A stretch of 63,642 nucleotides of DNA, filler included, from Chthonomonadaceae bacterium (GTDB lineage: Bacteria > Armatimonadota > Chthonomonadetes > Chthonomonadales > Chthonomonadaceae), in NCBI GenBank assembly GCA_035650735.1. It is 5 parts of 5 records of this genome, joined end to end, with 100 filler letters (N's around TTAATTAATTAA, not from the genome) between each part and the next. Parts side by side here need not be neighbours in the genome. Positions count along the whole stretch, not along the records: positions 1 to 15,103 come from DASRGZ010000060.1; positions 15,204 to 39,003 come from DASRGZ010000061.1; 3 more parts are not named here. One strand, 5' to 3'. Shown here one piece after another: positions 10,590-20,929 of the stretch; within the stretch, counting starts at the first letter, position 1, and each line of letters starts with the position of its first letter. Below the pieces are notes generated by a model. It saw only the letters and a list, made by a program, of their open reading frames with translations. It searched no databases and was not told the DNA's origin. The position numbers were made by a program, and so were the translations under genes.

Positions 10590-10958
10590 CTATTCCAGAC
10601 GCTTGAGGACGTTGAGCAGTCCGCTTATGCCAGCTACTAGCCCCAGCAAGACGCCGATCATCGCCATCCAGTTAGTCGTATGGTGCAGCTTTTGATCCAG
10701 CCACCAGCCCAGCACCGAGAGCACGATAATGGGCATAATGAAGGAGCTGGCGGCGGTCGCCGCTATCGCCATCTTGTTATAGCTGCCCGGCTGGAAACTT
10801 CCCGGCTCCGGCTTGGCCGGATGCGGCGGCAGCTTTGATTTTATTTTCGGCGGTTCCGGCACCTCCGGCCCAGGGGGCACATCGGGAAAGCGATTGATCA
10901 GGTTCTCTCGCTCTTCCTCGCCCTCGCCGGATGCCTCCTCACGCGGCTTGTCTTCCAT
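10590..10958 (-). CDS. atpZ: AtpZ/AtpI family two-TM protein
   Basis: LGWWLDQKL..W.MIGVLLGLVAG motif at the head of the atp operon. Confidence 0.8.
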   Translation of the reverse strand: MEDKPREEASGEGEEERENLINRFPDVPPGPEVPEPPKIKSKLPPHPAKPEPGSFQPGSYNKMAIAATAASSFIMPIIVLSVLGWWLDQKLHHTTNWMAMIGVLLGLVAGISGLLNVLKRLE

Positions 10959-10967
10959 ATTGCCTAC

Positions 10968-11070
10968 AGGCCCCCACCCCCAGCCCCTCCCCCAATTCTA
11001 GGGGAGGGGAGACTTGGCTTCTCGGTTCCCCTCTCCTGTTCTTGAGAGAGGGGGTCAGGGGGTGAGGGCA
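10968..11070. repeat. REP-like palindromes
   Basis: CCCCCACCCCCAGCCCCTCCCC..GGGGAGGGG and CCCCTCTC..GAGAGGGGGTCAGGGGGTGAGGG. Confidence 0.75.
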
Positions 11071-11078
11071 ATCACCCC

Positions 11079-12452
11079 CTACTGCTCGAACAGGCGCTCA
11101 TGCAGCAGGCGCACAGCACGTCCGCCCTCGCTCTCCGGCACCAGGCATGAGATAGACATCTCCGAGTCGGCGGTCTGATGGACGGCGATCCCCGCGTTGG
11201 TCAGGGTCTCAAAGATGCTGGCGACCACGCCCGGCACGCGCCGGTGATTGGAAGCGATGACCGAAACCATCGTGCAGTTTTCCACCACGCTCGCGGGCAC
11301 GTCCACGATGTTGACGCGCCTCTCCACCGGCTTCAGGAGCGGACGCTGCACGCTGTAGGCCAGGTCCAGCCCTTCCGAAAACTTGAAAATGTAGTAGGTG
11401 CCTAGCTTGCCGTTCTCGTCAGGCGTCTCGTGCTCCACCGGGACGACCATGCCGTCCAGCAGATCCTGGGCTTTCGAGTAGAGATTGCGCGGCACGGCGA
11501 ACGAGAGCGCGGTCGGGCTGTAAGTGACCAGATAGATGTTGACGCCGGCGCGGGCCATCATCCGATAGACTTCACACTCGATCTGGGGCTTGTGCTTGGC
11601 GTTCTCGATCTCCAGGCGAATATAGACGATCTGGCCGGTGTGGGTGATGCCGGTCAGGCGGCAGCGCACCGATTCGGGCGCATCGGCCCCGGCGATGCGC
11701 GTTCCCGGCCCCTCCGAGAAGGTAGACTTGACCCAGAGCGGGATGTTGTAGTCCATGGCGATCTCGGCGGCGCGGGGATGAATCACCTTCGCGCCCTGAT
11801 GGGCCATCTCGGCCACTTCCTCGTAGGTGCAGACCGGCAGCGTATAGGCGCCGGGCACCAGGTTCGGATCGGCGGTCCTTACCCCGTCTACATCTGTATA
11901 AATCTCGACGGCCACCGCCTTGAGCGCTGCCCCCAGCGCCGAGCCGGTCGTATCGCTGCCGCCGCGCCCCAGCGTGGTGATCGCCCCGTGCTCGTATTCG
12001 TTGGAGGGCTGGGTGATGCCCTGGAACCCGCAGACCACCGGAATATAGCCCTGCTCCAGCAGCCGCTGGATATAATGCGGGCGTATCTCCAGAATACGGG
12101 CGTTGCCGAATTCCCGGGTCGTGATGATCCCTGCCTGGCCCCCGGAGAGCGCAATGGCCTTGAAGCCGCGCGTCTGGAGCGTGTGGGCAAAGACGACGGT
12201 GGAGATGATCTCCCCGCAAGCCATCATCATGTCCATCTCACGCGCGGCGGGCTTGACCTGCGGGTCAATCTCCTGCAAAACTTTGATCAGCGTATCGGTG
12301 GCGTAGGGCGCGCCCGCGCGGCCAATCGCCGAGACCACGACGACGGGATGGAACCCGGCCTCCCGCGCCTTGATGACCTTGCGCGCGGCCAGCGCACGGT
12401 GTTCCGGCCTGTCTACGGAGGTGCCGCCGAATTTCTGGACCAGGATCTTCAT
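11079..12452 (-). CDS. Aspartate kinase
   Basis: ATG at 12452: MKILVQKFGGTSV, VVVVSA, TTLGRGGSDTT, IYTDVDGVRTADP, GAKVIHPRA, C-terminal ACT domains. Confidence 0.96.
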   Translation of the reverse strand: MKILVQKFGGTSVDRPEHRALAARKVIKAREAGFHPVVVVSAIGRAGAPYATDTLIKVLQEIDPQVKPAAREMDMMMACGEIISTVVFAHTLQTRGFKAIALSGGQAGIITTREFGNARILEIRPHYIQRLLEQGYIPVVCGFQGITQPSNEYEHGAITTLGRGGSDTTGSALGAALKAVAVEIYTDVDGVRTADPNLVPGAYTLPVCTYEEVAEMAHQGAKVIHPRAAEIAMDYNIPLWVKSTFSEGPGTRIAGADAPESVRCRLTGITHTGQIVYIRLEIENAKHKPQIECEVYRMMARAGVNIYLVTYSPTALSFAVPRNLYSKAQDLLDGMVVPVEHETPDENGKLGTYYIFKFSEGLDLAYSVQRPLLKPVERRVNIVDVPASVVENCTMVSVIASNHRRVPGVVASIFETLTNAGIAVHQTADSEMSISCLVPESEGGRAVRLLHERLFEQ

Positions 12453-12982
12453 GCCGCTGCCTCCAGGCTGGTCACCTGCACACAGTCGGCGCTCAGGCGG
12501 AACGTCCGGCATAGCGCCTGGATGGCCTGCGGGACGCAGACCGCCTCGACCAGGCATTGCACGGAGTTGTGCGAGTCGCCGGTTTCGTAGAGGCGCGCTC
12601 CCACGGAATAGAGCGTATCCGCGATCTCGACCATCACGCCGGAGAGGTCGCGCATAGAAGAGGCTCGCACAGCGACCACAGCCAGGTCGCGGCGCGTCTT
12701 CGCCTCCAATCCGGCTTCCGCCAGGGCCGCCTCCGCCCGCGCCATCTCCGCGCCGGCCATAGCAAAGGTCACGGCGCTGTGGTGCATCTTCACCATGAAG
12801 ACGGGCACATTGGCCTGCGCGAGCGCGCGGAAGGTCTGCAAGATGCGGGCGGTGCGCAGGGCATCCTCCCCGACGGAGACGACGGCGTGGGCCACATCCC
12901 GTGTCACCTGGATGGCGTACACGCCGCGCTCCCGCTCGAAGGAGACGTTGGGCGCCTGGGTTTTGGGCTCTGGATCCGACAT
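12449..12982 (-). CDS. Stand-alone tandem ACT-domain protein (aspartokinase regulatory-subunit-like)
   Basis: MSDPEPK...FRALAQANVPVFMVK...MRDLSGVMVEIADTL...TGDSHNSVQCLV. Its stop overlaps the aspartokinase start (ATGA). Confidence 0.8.
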   Translation of the reverse strand: MSDPEPKTQAPNVSFERERGVYAIQVTRDVAHAVVSVGEDALRTARILQTFRALAQANVPVFMVKMHHSAVTFAMAGAEMARAEAALAEAGLEAKTRRDLAVVAVRASSMRDLSGVMVEIADTLYSVGARLYETGDSHNSVQCLVEAVCVPQAIQALCRTFRLSADCVQVTSLEAAA

Positions 12983-13044
12983 AGTTTTCCCGCGCGATCT
13001 GCGCGCTACCGTCTCAAAAAGACTTTGTGCATTATTTCGCAGAT

Positions 13045-13073
13045 AGTATATCATATGGAGCCAGCTAAGTCAA
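13045..13073 (-). promoter_or_regulatory. Sigma70-type promoter for the ACT/aspartokinase genes
   Basis: TTGACT-17 bp-TATACT on the minus strand. Confidence 0.7.
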
Positions 13074-13119
13074 CCGCTAGCCTCCTTACCGGGTGAGATT
13101 GTAAAACTTTTCTGCCTGC

Positions 13120-13435
13120 CCTTCTTGACCTAACCCCCCGTCCCCCTTCCCTAATACGTTCGCTACGCTCACAAGGTGCTAGGGTTCTGAGGGTGCTAGG
13201 GTTCTAAGGTTCTAAGGGACTAAGGAACCTTTGCTCCGCTCACAGGGAAGGGGGGGGACCCGGCTTCTGCTCTCCTACAGACCTCACCCCCTTCCCCTCT
13301 CCTTTAGAAGGAGAGGGGAGAGTCAGAGTTGGCTTCTCTTCCCCCTTCTTCCTTGGAGGGAGAAGGGCCGGGGAGGAGGGGAGATAAGGCAGAACCGAAG
13401 AACCTGGAAGGGGAGCCGCTCCCCTCTCCTTGCGA
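13120..13435. repeat. REP-like cluster with embedded 8-9-bp tandem repeats
   Basis: Same modules as 4826-5010, with a GGTGCTAG/GGTTCTAA tandem run at about 13174-13228. Confidence 0.8.
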
Positions 13436-13897
13436 AGAAGACCGGACGAGCCTTCCATTTTGGAAGTAGATTGCCCTATCTCGTTCGTATTAAGTATAGA
13501 TACGTCTGCTATGTCGTTGTCCAGGTGCTGGATATGGTTTGATACGGAACGGAGCGCAGGGCTTGCCGGAGGCTATCCGGCGCGAACATGGCCTGCAGGA
13601 CAATTTACGGAACATAAATTACCAATAGCGCGTATGCTTTGGGGCGCCTGGTGGCCCTGTAGTCAAGCGTGGTTGCCTCTCGAAGGCCCGATTTCGAACC
13701 ACGCTTCAGGGGTGCGCTGCCGCGCGATCCCTCTAAAGAGGGTAAAAAACTGGTACTTCTCGCTGACCGGGCAAGCAGGAGAGCCTATATTCCTGGTTGA
13801 AATATGGAAACCAGAATAGACCATAAGCTAGATCCATGCGCGCTTAGCACAAAGTGGTGTTCAAGTTAGAGACCAGAAGCGAAGGGGATTCGGTTCG

Positions 13898-14968
13898 ATG
13901 CGTGTGATACAAGCGGGTGTCGGCGGGTTTGGAGGCAGTTGGCTCTATGCCGTTCAGGAGTGCGAAGGCTTTCAGCATGTGGCCCTGGTAGACCCGAACC
14001 AGGAGGCGCTGGTTGCCGCCGGAGCCGTGACGGGTGTGCCGCCGGAGCGCCAGTTTACCCGGCTGGAGGACGCCCTGGATGCGGTGGATGCGGACGGCCT
14101 GGTCAACGTCACCCCTGCTCCGGCGCATCCGAAGACGACGATTGCCGCGATGAAGGCGGGCCTGCATGTGCTGGTCGAAAAGCCCCTCGCCGAAACGATG
14201 GCGGCGGCGCAGCAGATGGTGGAGGAAGCGCAGTGTTATAAGCGTGTTTTGATGGTGACCCAGCAGTACCGCTATCAAGATCAGCCGCGCTGCCTGCGCC
14301 GCCTGATCGCCGAAGGGATCATCGGCGAGATCGATCATATCGTCGTGGAGTTTCAGATACAGGGATTGCTGTTTGGGTGGCGGCAGAAGATGCGCCACCC
14401 CTTCCTGATGGATATGGCGATCCACCACTTCGATATGATGCGCTATCTGCTGGGCCGCAACGCCGTGCGCGTCACCGCCCAGACCTGGAACCCGTCTTTC
14501 AGCAATACCCGGGGCGACATGAGCGCCTTTGCCTGGATCGAGTTCGAAGGCGGCACGCGCGTCAATTATAGCGGCTCCTTTGCCGCGCCCGGCCAGGATA
14601 CCGGCTGGAACGGGCGCTGGGTCATCACGGGCTCGCGCGGCTCGCTGGTCTGGAACCAACGCGACGACTGGGGCCCGATCCGACTTTTCCGCCAGAATGC
14701 CGACCTGACGCAGTATCAGGAGATGCACTTCTTCACGCCGCTGCCGGAGGTCTGGGGCGAGCCGATCTGGGCCGAATCCATCGGCGCAACCGGCCACCAC
14801 TATAATCTGTATCACTGGCGGGCCTGCATCCAGCAGGGCGTGGAGCCGGAGACGAGCGGACGCGATAACCTCCATACCCTCGCGTTGACTCTAGCGGCCA
14901 TGGAGTCGGCAGACACAGGCCGCACCGTCGAGGTAGCTACCCTCCTGGATGCCGCTAAGAGTCCCTAG
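13898..14968 (+). CDS. Gfo/Idh/MocA family oxidoreductase
   Basis: GVGGFG, HVLVEKPLA, DMAIHHFD. Confidence 0.93.
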   Translation: MRVIQAGVGGFGGSWLYAVQECEGFQHVALVDPNQEALVAAGAVTGVPPERQFTRLEDALDAVDADGLVNVTPAPAHPKTTIAAMKAGLHVLVEKPLAETMAAAQQMVEEAQCYKRVLMVTQQYRYQDQPRCLRRLIAEGIIGEIDHIVVEFQIQGLLFGWRQKMRHPFLMDMAIHHFDMMRYLLGRNAVRVTAQTWNPSFSNTRGDMSAFAWIEFEGGTRVNYSGSFAAPGQDTGWNGRWVITGSRGSLVWNQRDDWGPIRLFRQNADLTQYQEMHFFTPLPEVWGEPIWAESIGATGHHYNLYHWRACIQQGVEPETSGRDNLHTLALTLAAMESADTGRTVEVATLLDAAKSP

Positions 14969-15103
14969 AGCGTGGGATGCACTTGGGTCCTCTTGAGGAG
15001 ATAGGCCAGCCGCTCATTAGAGGCTTGGTGCTCGCTTTCTAGCGAGCACCAAGCGGTCATCAGCCTCCAAGTCCTCTCTCGAAGCAGGCAAAAAAGGGCA
15101 TAA

Positions 15104-15203
15104 NNNNNNNNNNNNNNNNNNNNNNNNNNNNNNNNNNNNNNNNNNNNTTAATTAATTAANNNNNNNNNNNNNNNNNNNNNNNNNNNNNNNNNNNNNNNNN
15201 NNN
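15104..15203. other. Artificial contig linker
   Basis: N-run with central TTAATTAATTAA (stops in all frames). Confidence 0.97.
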
Positions 15204-17147
15204 AGTCACCTGATTTCCCTCGTCGTCGGAATCGTCCCAGGCGTCGTTCTGGCCCTGTAAGCACGCGATCATACGCTCGGTGCAGAACCTCCCCAGGTCG
15301 GTTGTCCCCAACTCTTTCCCGACGCGATAGAGGTTCGGCTGTGATCGCCAGGCATAGCCCGCTGTCTTGTGCAGCATCTCCACCACACAGGACTCTCCAT
15401 TCGATAGACGTGCGATCATCTCTTTGACTCTCATGTGGTTGGTCGACTCGCCGGGCCAGCGGGCATTGATCGAAGCCGCCAGGGCACGATAAGAAATCTC
15501 GATCATCCCAGAAGGGGAATCGCGCAGGGCGATCAGGATGGTCTGAATCGTGTGGTCGGCGATAGTCTCGCTCCATTTCCCTTTCGGCTGGCGTTCTCGC
15601 ATCATGGCGACGAACCGCGCCGCCAGTTCCTCGATCTCATCGGTAGCCTCTCCCTTAACCAGCGGAGGCAAGGTCTTCTCGCGCGGGTTATAGGCCGTAA
15701 AGTCCTTCAAGCGGAAGGTTTGCCAGAGTCGCCCGATGGTGTAGAGCCGCGCCCGCAGATCGGACGGGCTACGGGCGGGAACCTTCTGAGCCAGATCGCA
15801 CAGGGCTTGCTCGGCACGGTCGGAGCCAAAAAGAATGACCGAAGCCAGAATCCCGCGCTTTCCGTTCATGCTGATCCAATCCCAAAAGCCGCCAGGCAGA
15901 AATTCCTCCGTCCAGACCTGCAACGCCCAGTCCATCGTGTAGCGTGGAGGGGACGTTGCTTCTGCGCCTCTGTGGGGCGTTTCTGGCGGCTTGGTAGCCT
16001 CATTGGGCAATATGTCGGGCGCAGGCTCCGCCTGGGTCTCTTGAAACACAGGAACCGCTTCTGCGGCGGTTGACTCCGTCCCGATTACAGGAGCGCGCCA
16101 GGACGCGACCAGATCGCGGGCCTGCTGCCAGCGTAGGACAATCGGATTGTCGGGCAGAAGCCGATGCACCTCCGCCATCTGGTCGCGGGTGAGCAGGTCG
16201 GCCTGCCCGATGCCGATGTCGGTGATAGCCCGCAGGATCGCGTTGCCTGCGGTCACGAATGCCTGCGGTTCCCACCCCAACGGGCTGTCCTCCCGCCGAT
16301 ACCGGAACGCAGCGTCCATAAGGCGGGCCTGCTCCTCCACACCATACAACCCGCCCGCTTCAATATCAATCCACAGAGCCAGGTTGCCCGTTTTGGCGTG
16401 CTGACCACCGGGCAGGCGCATCAGGGCGCGCAGATTGTTCTTATCGGCATGAGTACGCCCATCATCGCGCTCTTCCAAAAGCCAGAGGAACGATTCCAGC
16501 AAGTAGGACGCAAAGTGGTGAGGGCAGCCGCAAGGGAGGGCGATCACGGCCTGGAGCCCCCTACCCGCTGTCCGAAAGGCGCGGTACGGCAGTCCCAGCG
16601 CGTGCGCGACGGTGCGCTGCTCCCGAAGGTCAGTCAATATTGGCGCGGCGCGTTCGTACAGCCAGGCAAGGTTATCGTCCACATCCAGCCGCAGGCATCT
16701 GACCGCGTTGATCTCCGACTTCCACTCATAGTCAGCAAAATCGTACCAGGAAGTCACGCGCCGGATGTCGGTCGTGCCGACCGCATAGGTCTTCCCGATA
16801 AAGTGCTTCACGAGGTCTTGCAGACGGAGCGGCTGGCCTGGGCGGGTCTGCATCACTCCCGACGCCAGGCGGCGGCATGGCACAGGTTCCCCCTCGGTTT
16901 CTGTGATCCACTGCTCGAAATTTAACTGGCGACCCCAGATCGCACGCTGCGGCGTGCGCGCCAGAAGCCGTCGCGCCATCGCCACCGTCGCGGGCAGAGC
17001 CTTCCCATAGGTGTTGATATTCGGTCGCCTATAGCCCGCCAGGGCCGCGAAGCCATCGGATTCCAGATAGGCCGCGAAGGGATGCGGGTGATAGGCAAAT
17101 AGATCGGTTGGAAACGCGCCGGGCGCGTCATTGTCATCAGGTTCCAT
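15204..17147 (-). CDS. Putative replication protein with AEP-superfamily primase-like domain (3' end cut by gap)
   Basis: LRLDVDD (DxD), RTAGRGLQAVI (motif II-like), ALMRLPGGQHAKTG (R.PG motif as in RepB'-type primases), possible C-terminal HTH (ISYRALAASI). Confidence 0.6.
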
Positions 17148-17159
17148 CGTGACCAGGCC

Positions 17160-17258
17160 AACAGAAACCCCGCAGGGGAGCAAGTCCCTGCGGGGCGGTA
17201 GTCGCTGGTCAGGCGACAACTGATGATGCTGGAACCGCGCCGCTTGCTCCCAGCGCGG
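17160..17258 (-). promoter_or_regulatory. Structured leader/attenuator upstream of the putative replicase
   Basis: GC hairpin 17168-17195 followed by TTTCTGTT on the minus strand; second hairpin 17235-17258 whose loop is complementary over 9 nt to the first hairpin's loop and adjacent stem. Confidence 0.5.
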
Positions 17259-17313
17259 GATCAAAAAGTCAAGGAGCGGCCCACTGATTGACCAGATCGG
17301 CAGGCACAGGGTT

Positions 17314-17661
17314 CTATTCCTTTTTTGGTGTGCTGTCTAGGGCGGAACTCGCGGCGCGATACCAGCCGGGAGCGGCATCACTGCACACGCTATCCAGGAG
17401 ACGGCGGAGGGCATCCCGGCCCCCGTTCGCGATCCCGGTCTGCTCGAGCAGCCGCTTGAACTGATGGTATGCTTTGGACTGCTCCTGCGCCGCGCCTACG
17501 AGCGCGTTTCTGGCGCGGTCTTTTCGGGAAGTGTTGGAAGCGGACTCGTCCTTAATCCAGTCCGCGTGCGCACGGTTATAGGTCGTCTGTGCGTCGTCCA
17601 GTTTCCGGCTGGCATTGGAGAGCGCATCCCACGCCCTTTCCAGATCGTACAGCAGGCTCAT
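17314..17661 (-). CDS. Hypothetical helical protein
   Basis: 115-aa ORF, ATGA-coupled to the upstream ORF. Confidence 0.65.
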   Translation of the reverse strand: MSLLYDLERAWDALSNASRKLDDAQTTYNRAHADWIKDESASNTSRKDRARNALVGAAQEQSKAYHQFKRLLEQTGIANGGRDALRRLLDSVCSDAAPGWYRAASSALDSTPKKE

Positions 17662-17900
17662 TCGGCAAACTCCTCAGCCCAGGCCGCCGCGTACCGCTCA
17701 TTGATCTCCTCCCACTCCGCTGCAAACTCGTCGCGTTTGCGCACGGCCTCGGCACGGCGGCGCAAGGCTTTCGGCGTTGGTGTCTCAAACGCTTCTCGAT
17801 CAGCATCTTCGAGAGCGATCTGCGCGTGTTCGAGGTCGCGCTGCACGTCCTCGCGCTCGGCAATGAGAGCAGCCAGATAAGGGCTGGGTTTATTGTCCAT
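17658..17900 (-). CDS. Small coiled-coil hypothetical protein
   Basis: 80 aa, strong AAGGAG RBS, coupled to the next ORF. Confidence 0.7.
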   Translation of the reverse strand: MDNKPSPYLAALIAEREDVQRDLEHAQIALEDADREAFETPTPKALRRRAEAVRKRDEFAAEWEEINERYAAAWAEEFAE

Positions 17901-18439
17901 GATAGTAGTCTCCTTACGGGCGCAAACGAAACGCCCCTCGCGCAGCCTGACCGAAAGCGCAAGGGGCGTCTGTGTCGCCGCTGAACTGGGTTCTGCCAGC
18001 GGGAACGCATGAAATCTTGTGAGCGGTCAGGCTACAAAAATGATGACATGTGAGAAGGCTCGTCGCGCCAGCGACTACACGCTTCCCCTAATAGGGCTTT
18101 CTCAGCCCGGTGGTTCTCCACCTGCCCCGTCCGCATTCACACGCCCACATGGTCGAATTTCGCAGGGTTGGGCGAAATGGCTCTCCGCGACCAAAATCCA
18201 GAAGAATGGCGAAAAACCTGTGAACTGGGCGTGTATCACTCCGAATAAAGTCGTCAAATGGCGGCTGCCCCGGTTAGGTTAGATCGGGCGATTATAGGGC
18301 CGCACGCCGTCCCCGTAGGTCACAGGATGCGCACGCCGCCATTCTCTTCGATGGAAAGGGCGGCGGCGTGCGTATGCGCGTTCGCAAGTCCAGAAATCTT
18401 CGGGATAGACGGCTGGCAATGGCGGGGTTGCCGTCGTCA

Positions 18440-18787
18440 TCAGGCGGCAGGTTCGGCCTTCTCCTGCTGCGCGAGCATCCGGCGATCCCCCTCCTGCGCG
18501 ATGCGGGAAGCCAGTGCTACCGCATAGTGCATGACCGCGTTGAACGCCTCATCTTTGGTGAGCGTCTTGCAGGTCTCGACGATCTCTTTCCACTGGGCAT
18601 CGTCGGGAGCGGCGTGCTTGCTCCACTCTACCGCCGTTCCCTGGTCGGTCGCTACGAACCATACTTTCAGGTGGCAGTCGCCGACGTACCACACTTCCAC
18701 GTCCTGCGTCAACGAGCCGACCACCACTTGTGCCTTCGGCATTTCCCCGCACTCCATCGCGCGATTCACGCTCTTCATCGCCGTCAT
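18440..18787 (-). CDS. Hypothetical protein
   Basis: 115 aa with AAGGAG RBS and protein-like composition. Confidence 0.65.
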   Translation of the reverse strand: MTAMKSVNRAMECGEMPKAQVVVGSLTQDVEVWYVGDCHLKVWFVATDQGTAVEWSKHAAPDDAQWKEIVETCKTLTKDEAFNAVMHYAVALASRIAQEGDRRMLAQQEKAEPAA

Positions 18788-19273
18788 TCTCCTTCTGCTC
18801 GCTTTGTTTGCCTCGCGAGCGGGTTTCTATGTTTGTGGGCCGCACACTGGCGGCGTTGTCGGTGCAGCATTCCTCGCTCGGAACGTCTGCGCCGGAACCG
18901 GACGCGGTGAGGTCGGGGGCGACGGCGGGCATAGACACTGAGCGCAGCCGCTCCTCTCGCCGCGCGATACCGCGCAGGAGAAGCACCGTTGCACGCACCC
19001 AGGCGTTGTTGACCGACACCTCCGCCTCGCTGTCCCATTCGATGGGATCAGCGGACGGGGGCAGGGCCATCTCCGCGTGAATTGTCCGTGCCTTTCGTGC
19101 CACCCGATTCATCCAGTCTATTCCGATTTCGCGGTGGCGGTCTGAGCAGGCTACAAAACAGCAACCCCAGGCCGCGTTCGCGTCTGGGGTCATGGTATCA
19201 GAGCGGAAGAAAGTTATGGGGCTTCTGGTCAAAAGACCCGAAAAGGGCAAAAACGGTCTGATCTGACCAAATT

Positions 19274-20548
19274 TCAGGATCGGCTGACGATCAGGCGGAT
19301 GGCATTCTGCGTGTGCGGCGGTTCCCGCTTCGGCATCTCGTCCACAAACCGCCGTTGATCGGGCAGGCCGCGAGCGATGGGCAGGTGATAGAAGATGTCG
19401 ACAAGCAGTTTCCAGAACTCGATAGGCCGACGCTTGGTGGACGTTTCCGCCTGTCGGAGAATCCGCGCCAGTGGCGCAGGGGCAGGAGGATCGCGCTCGT
19501 CGCTGGCGTGTTTTTGAATGGCCCGCCACAAGGACTTCGCCACCGTCTTGTAGACGGCTTTGATGATGGGCGAGCCGGGAACGCAGCGATCCCGCAGACG
19601 GTCTTCTTCGCCCACCGTCCACTCGGCGGGGGCAGCGGCTCGCCGCAGGTTCTCCAATCCGCGTTCATACTGCGGGGCAAGCGGGGTTTTCCGTAGCAAC
19701 GTGGAAAGACTCTCGACAGCCTTCTGGATGCGTGCGCCGTGCCGCTGAAAACTGACCCATTTTTCCAGATCGTGTTTCCATAGGACGAACCACAATGGCT
19801 TCGGGACATTCGCCAACAACGTCTGATAGGGCGCAGGCAGGTTCTTGTAGAAAGCGCGCACGATGGCGTCCTCGACCGTCAGCCAGGACACACCGAGAAC
19901 GTGCAGCAGGTGTTCCAGATAGAGGTCGTAAGCCAACCAGTCCTGGGCGTCAATACTGGCGTGAACTCCGTCCAGTTGGTGTAGGCGTTGCGGCACGGTG
20001 CGGTGCGGAGAGCGCGGAAAGTCGCCGAATTCCATCAGATCGGAATCGTAGTTGCGGCTGCCGAGAAACGACAGGTAGTAGAGCGTGCGCACCGGGCCGA
20101 TACCCTGGCGTGTCCAGCCCTCATCAGGTACGGCTTGGCGGAACGGTTCAAAGCGGTCATCGGAAACAGGTTGCTCGCGCGGAACGGCTGCCTCCTCGAT
20201 CACGCGCCCGGTGACATCGCGAACGTCCTCCGCGATTTCTAATTCCATTTCCATCTCCGCCTCGAAGTCGGGCATCTCGCCGAAATCAGGGGCGGCGAGC
20301 GGGTCACGACCTTCGGTTGCCGACAGTTGAGCGATGGATCGGCATAAAGACTCCGCGATTCGGAACCGTGCGCTCGTCGGGAGGGTCACAATCAGGTCGC
20401 GGGCGCGCTCCGCGCCTTTTTGTTGGAGCGCGAGCCGCTGGTTAGGATCATCCAGGCGGTAATAGGGCAGCCGCTCACTTTGGGCGGGTCTTGTGGTCGG
20501 ACGGGTGGAATCAGGCATACCATCAAATACGTGCGCCGTCCCGACCAT
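19274..20548 (-). CDS. Hypothetical protein of the integrative element
   Basis: 424-aa ORF co-oriented with the other element genes; no family recognised. Confidence 0.65.
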   Translation of the reverse strand: MVGTAHVFDGMPDSTRPTTRPAQSERLPYYRLDDPNQRLALQQKGAERARDLIVTLPTSARFRIAESLCRSIAQLSATEGRDPLAAPDFGEMPDFEAEMEMELEIAEDVRDVTGRVIEEAAVPREQPVSDDRFEPFRQAVPDEGWTRQGIGPVRTLYYLSFLGSRNYDSDLMEFGDFPRSPHRTVPQRLHQLDGVHASIDAQDWLAYDLYLEHLLHVLGVSWLTVEDAIVRAFYKNLPAPYQTLLANVPKPLWFVLWKHDLEKWVSFQRHGARIQKAVESLSTLLRKTPLAPQYERGLENLRRAAAPAEWTVGEEDRLRDRCVPGSPIIKAVYKTVAKSLWRAIQKHASDERDPPAPAPLARILRQAETSTKRRPIEFWKLLVDIFYHLPIARGLPDQRRFVDEMPKREPPHTQNAIRLIVSRS

Positions 20549-20929
20549 GTTTCGGGTGCTGGATCAGCCTGGGACTCCCTGGCGGTCGTTTTTCTGTGGA
20601 GAAACCGGGGGGGGTGGGTCGAGATTTAGGGGTGTCAAGGAAGCGGTTTCAGCCGGGGGTGTGGATCGTTCCATCGAAAAGGTTCATCGGTCGGCGGCTT
20701 CGGATAGTTCCAAGACCTTTGATGGCAGAAGCAGGTAGCAGGGTGTCATCCTGCTACTTGCGTCTTTATCCCCGCGTTGCCGATAATCTCTCCCAGACAA
20801 ACATGGCGACCGTGCCATGATCTTGACCTACGCGGCGGGGGCGTTGCCCCGCGCCGCCGCTCAGGGGCCAGGTTGTGTAGAGTGCCTGACGCTGTTCCGC
20901 TGTTGGTTTGAGAAGCGGCACTTCGACCA

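Noticed and set aside
13120..13435. Repeat clusters as a CRISPR array
   Set aside because: No regularly spaced identical repeats with unique spacers, and no cas genes.
15104..15203. TTAATTAATTAA palindrome inside N-runs (all four gaps)
   Set aside because: Identical artificial contig linker, not biological.
18549..19622. 357-aa ORF in the element
   Set aside because: Overlaps two better ORFs on the same strand. Only the part from about 19193 might be coding, and it lacks support.
20730..20762. CATCCTG as a MOB-P-type oriT nick site
   Set aside because: Short motif that is simply one arm of a hairpin; no relaxase nearby.
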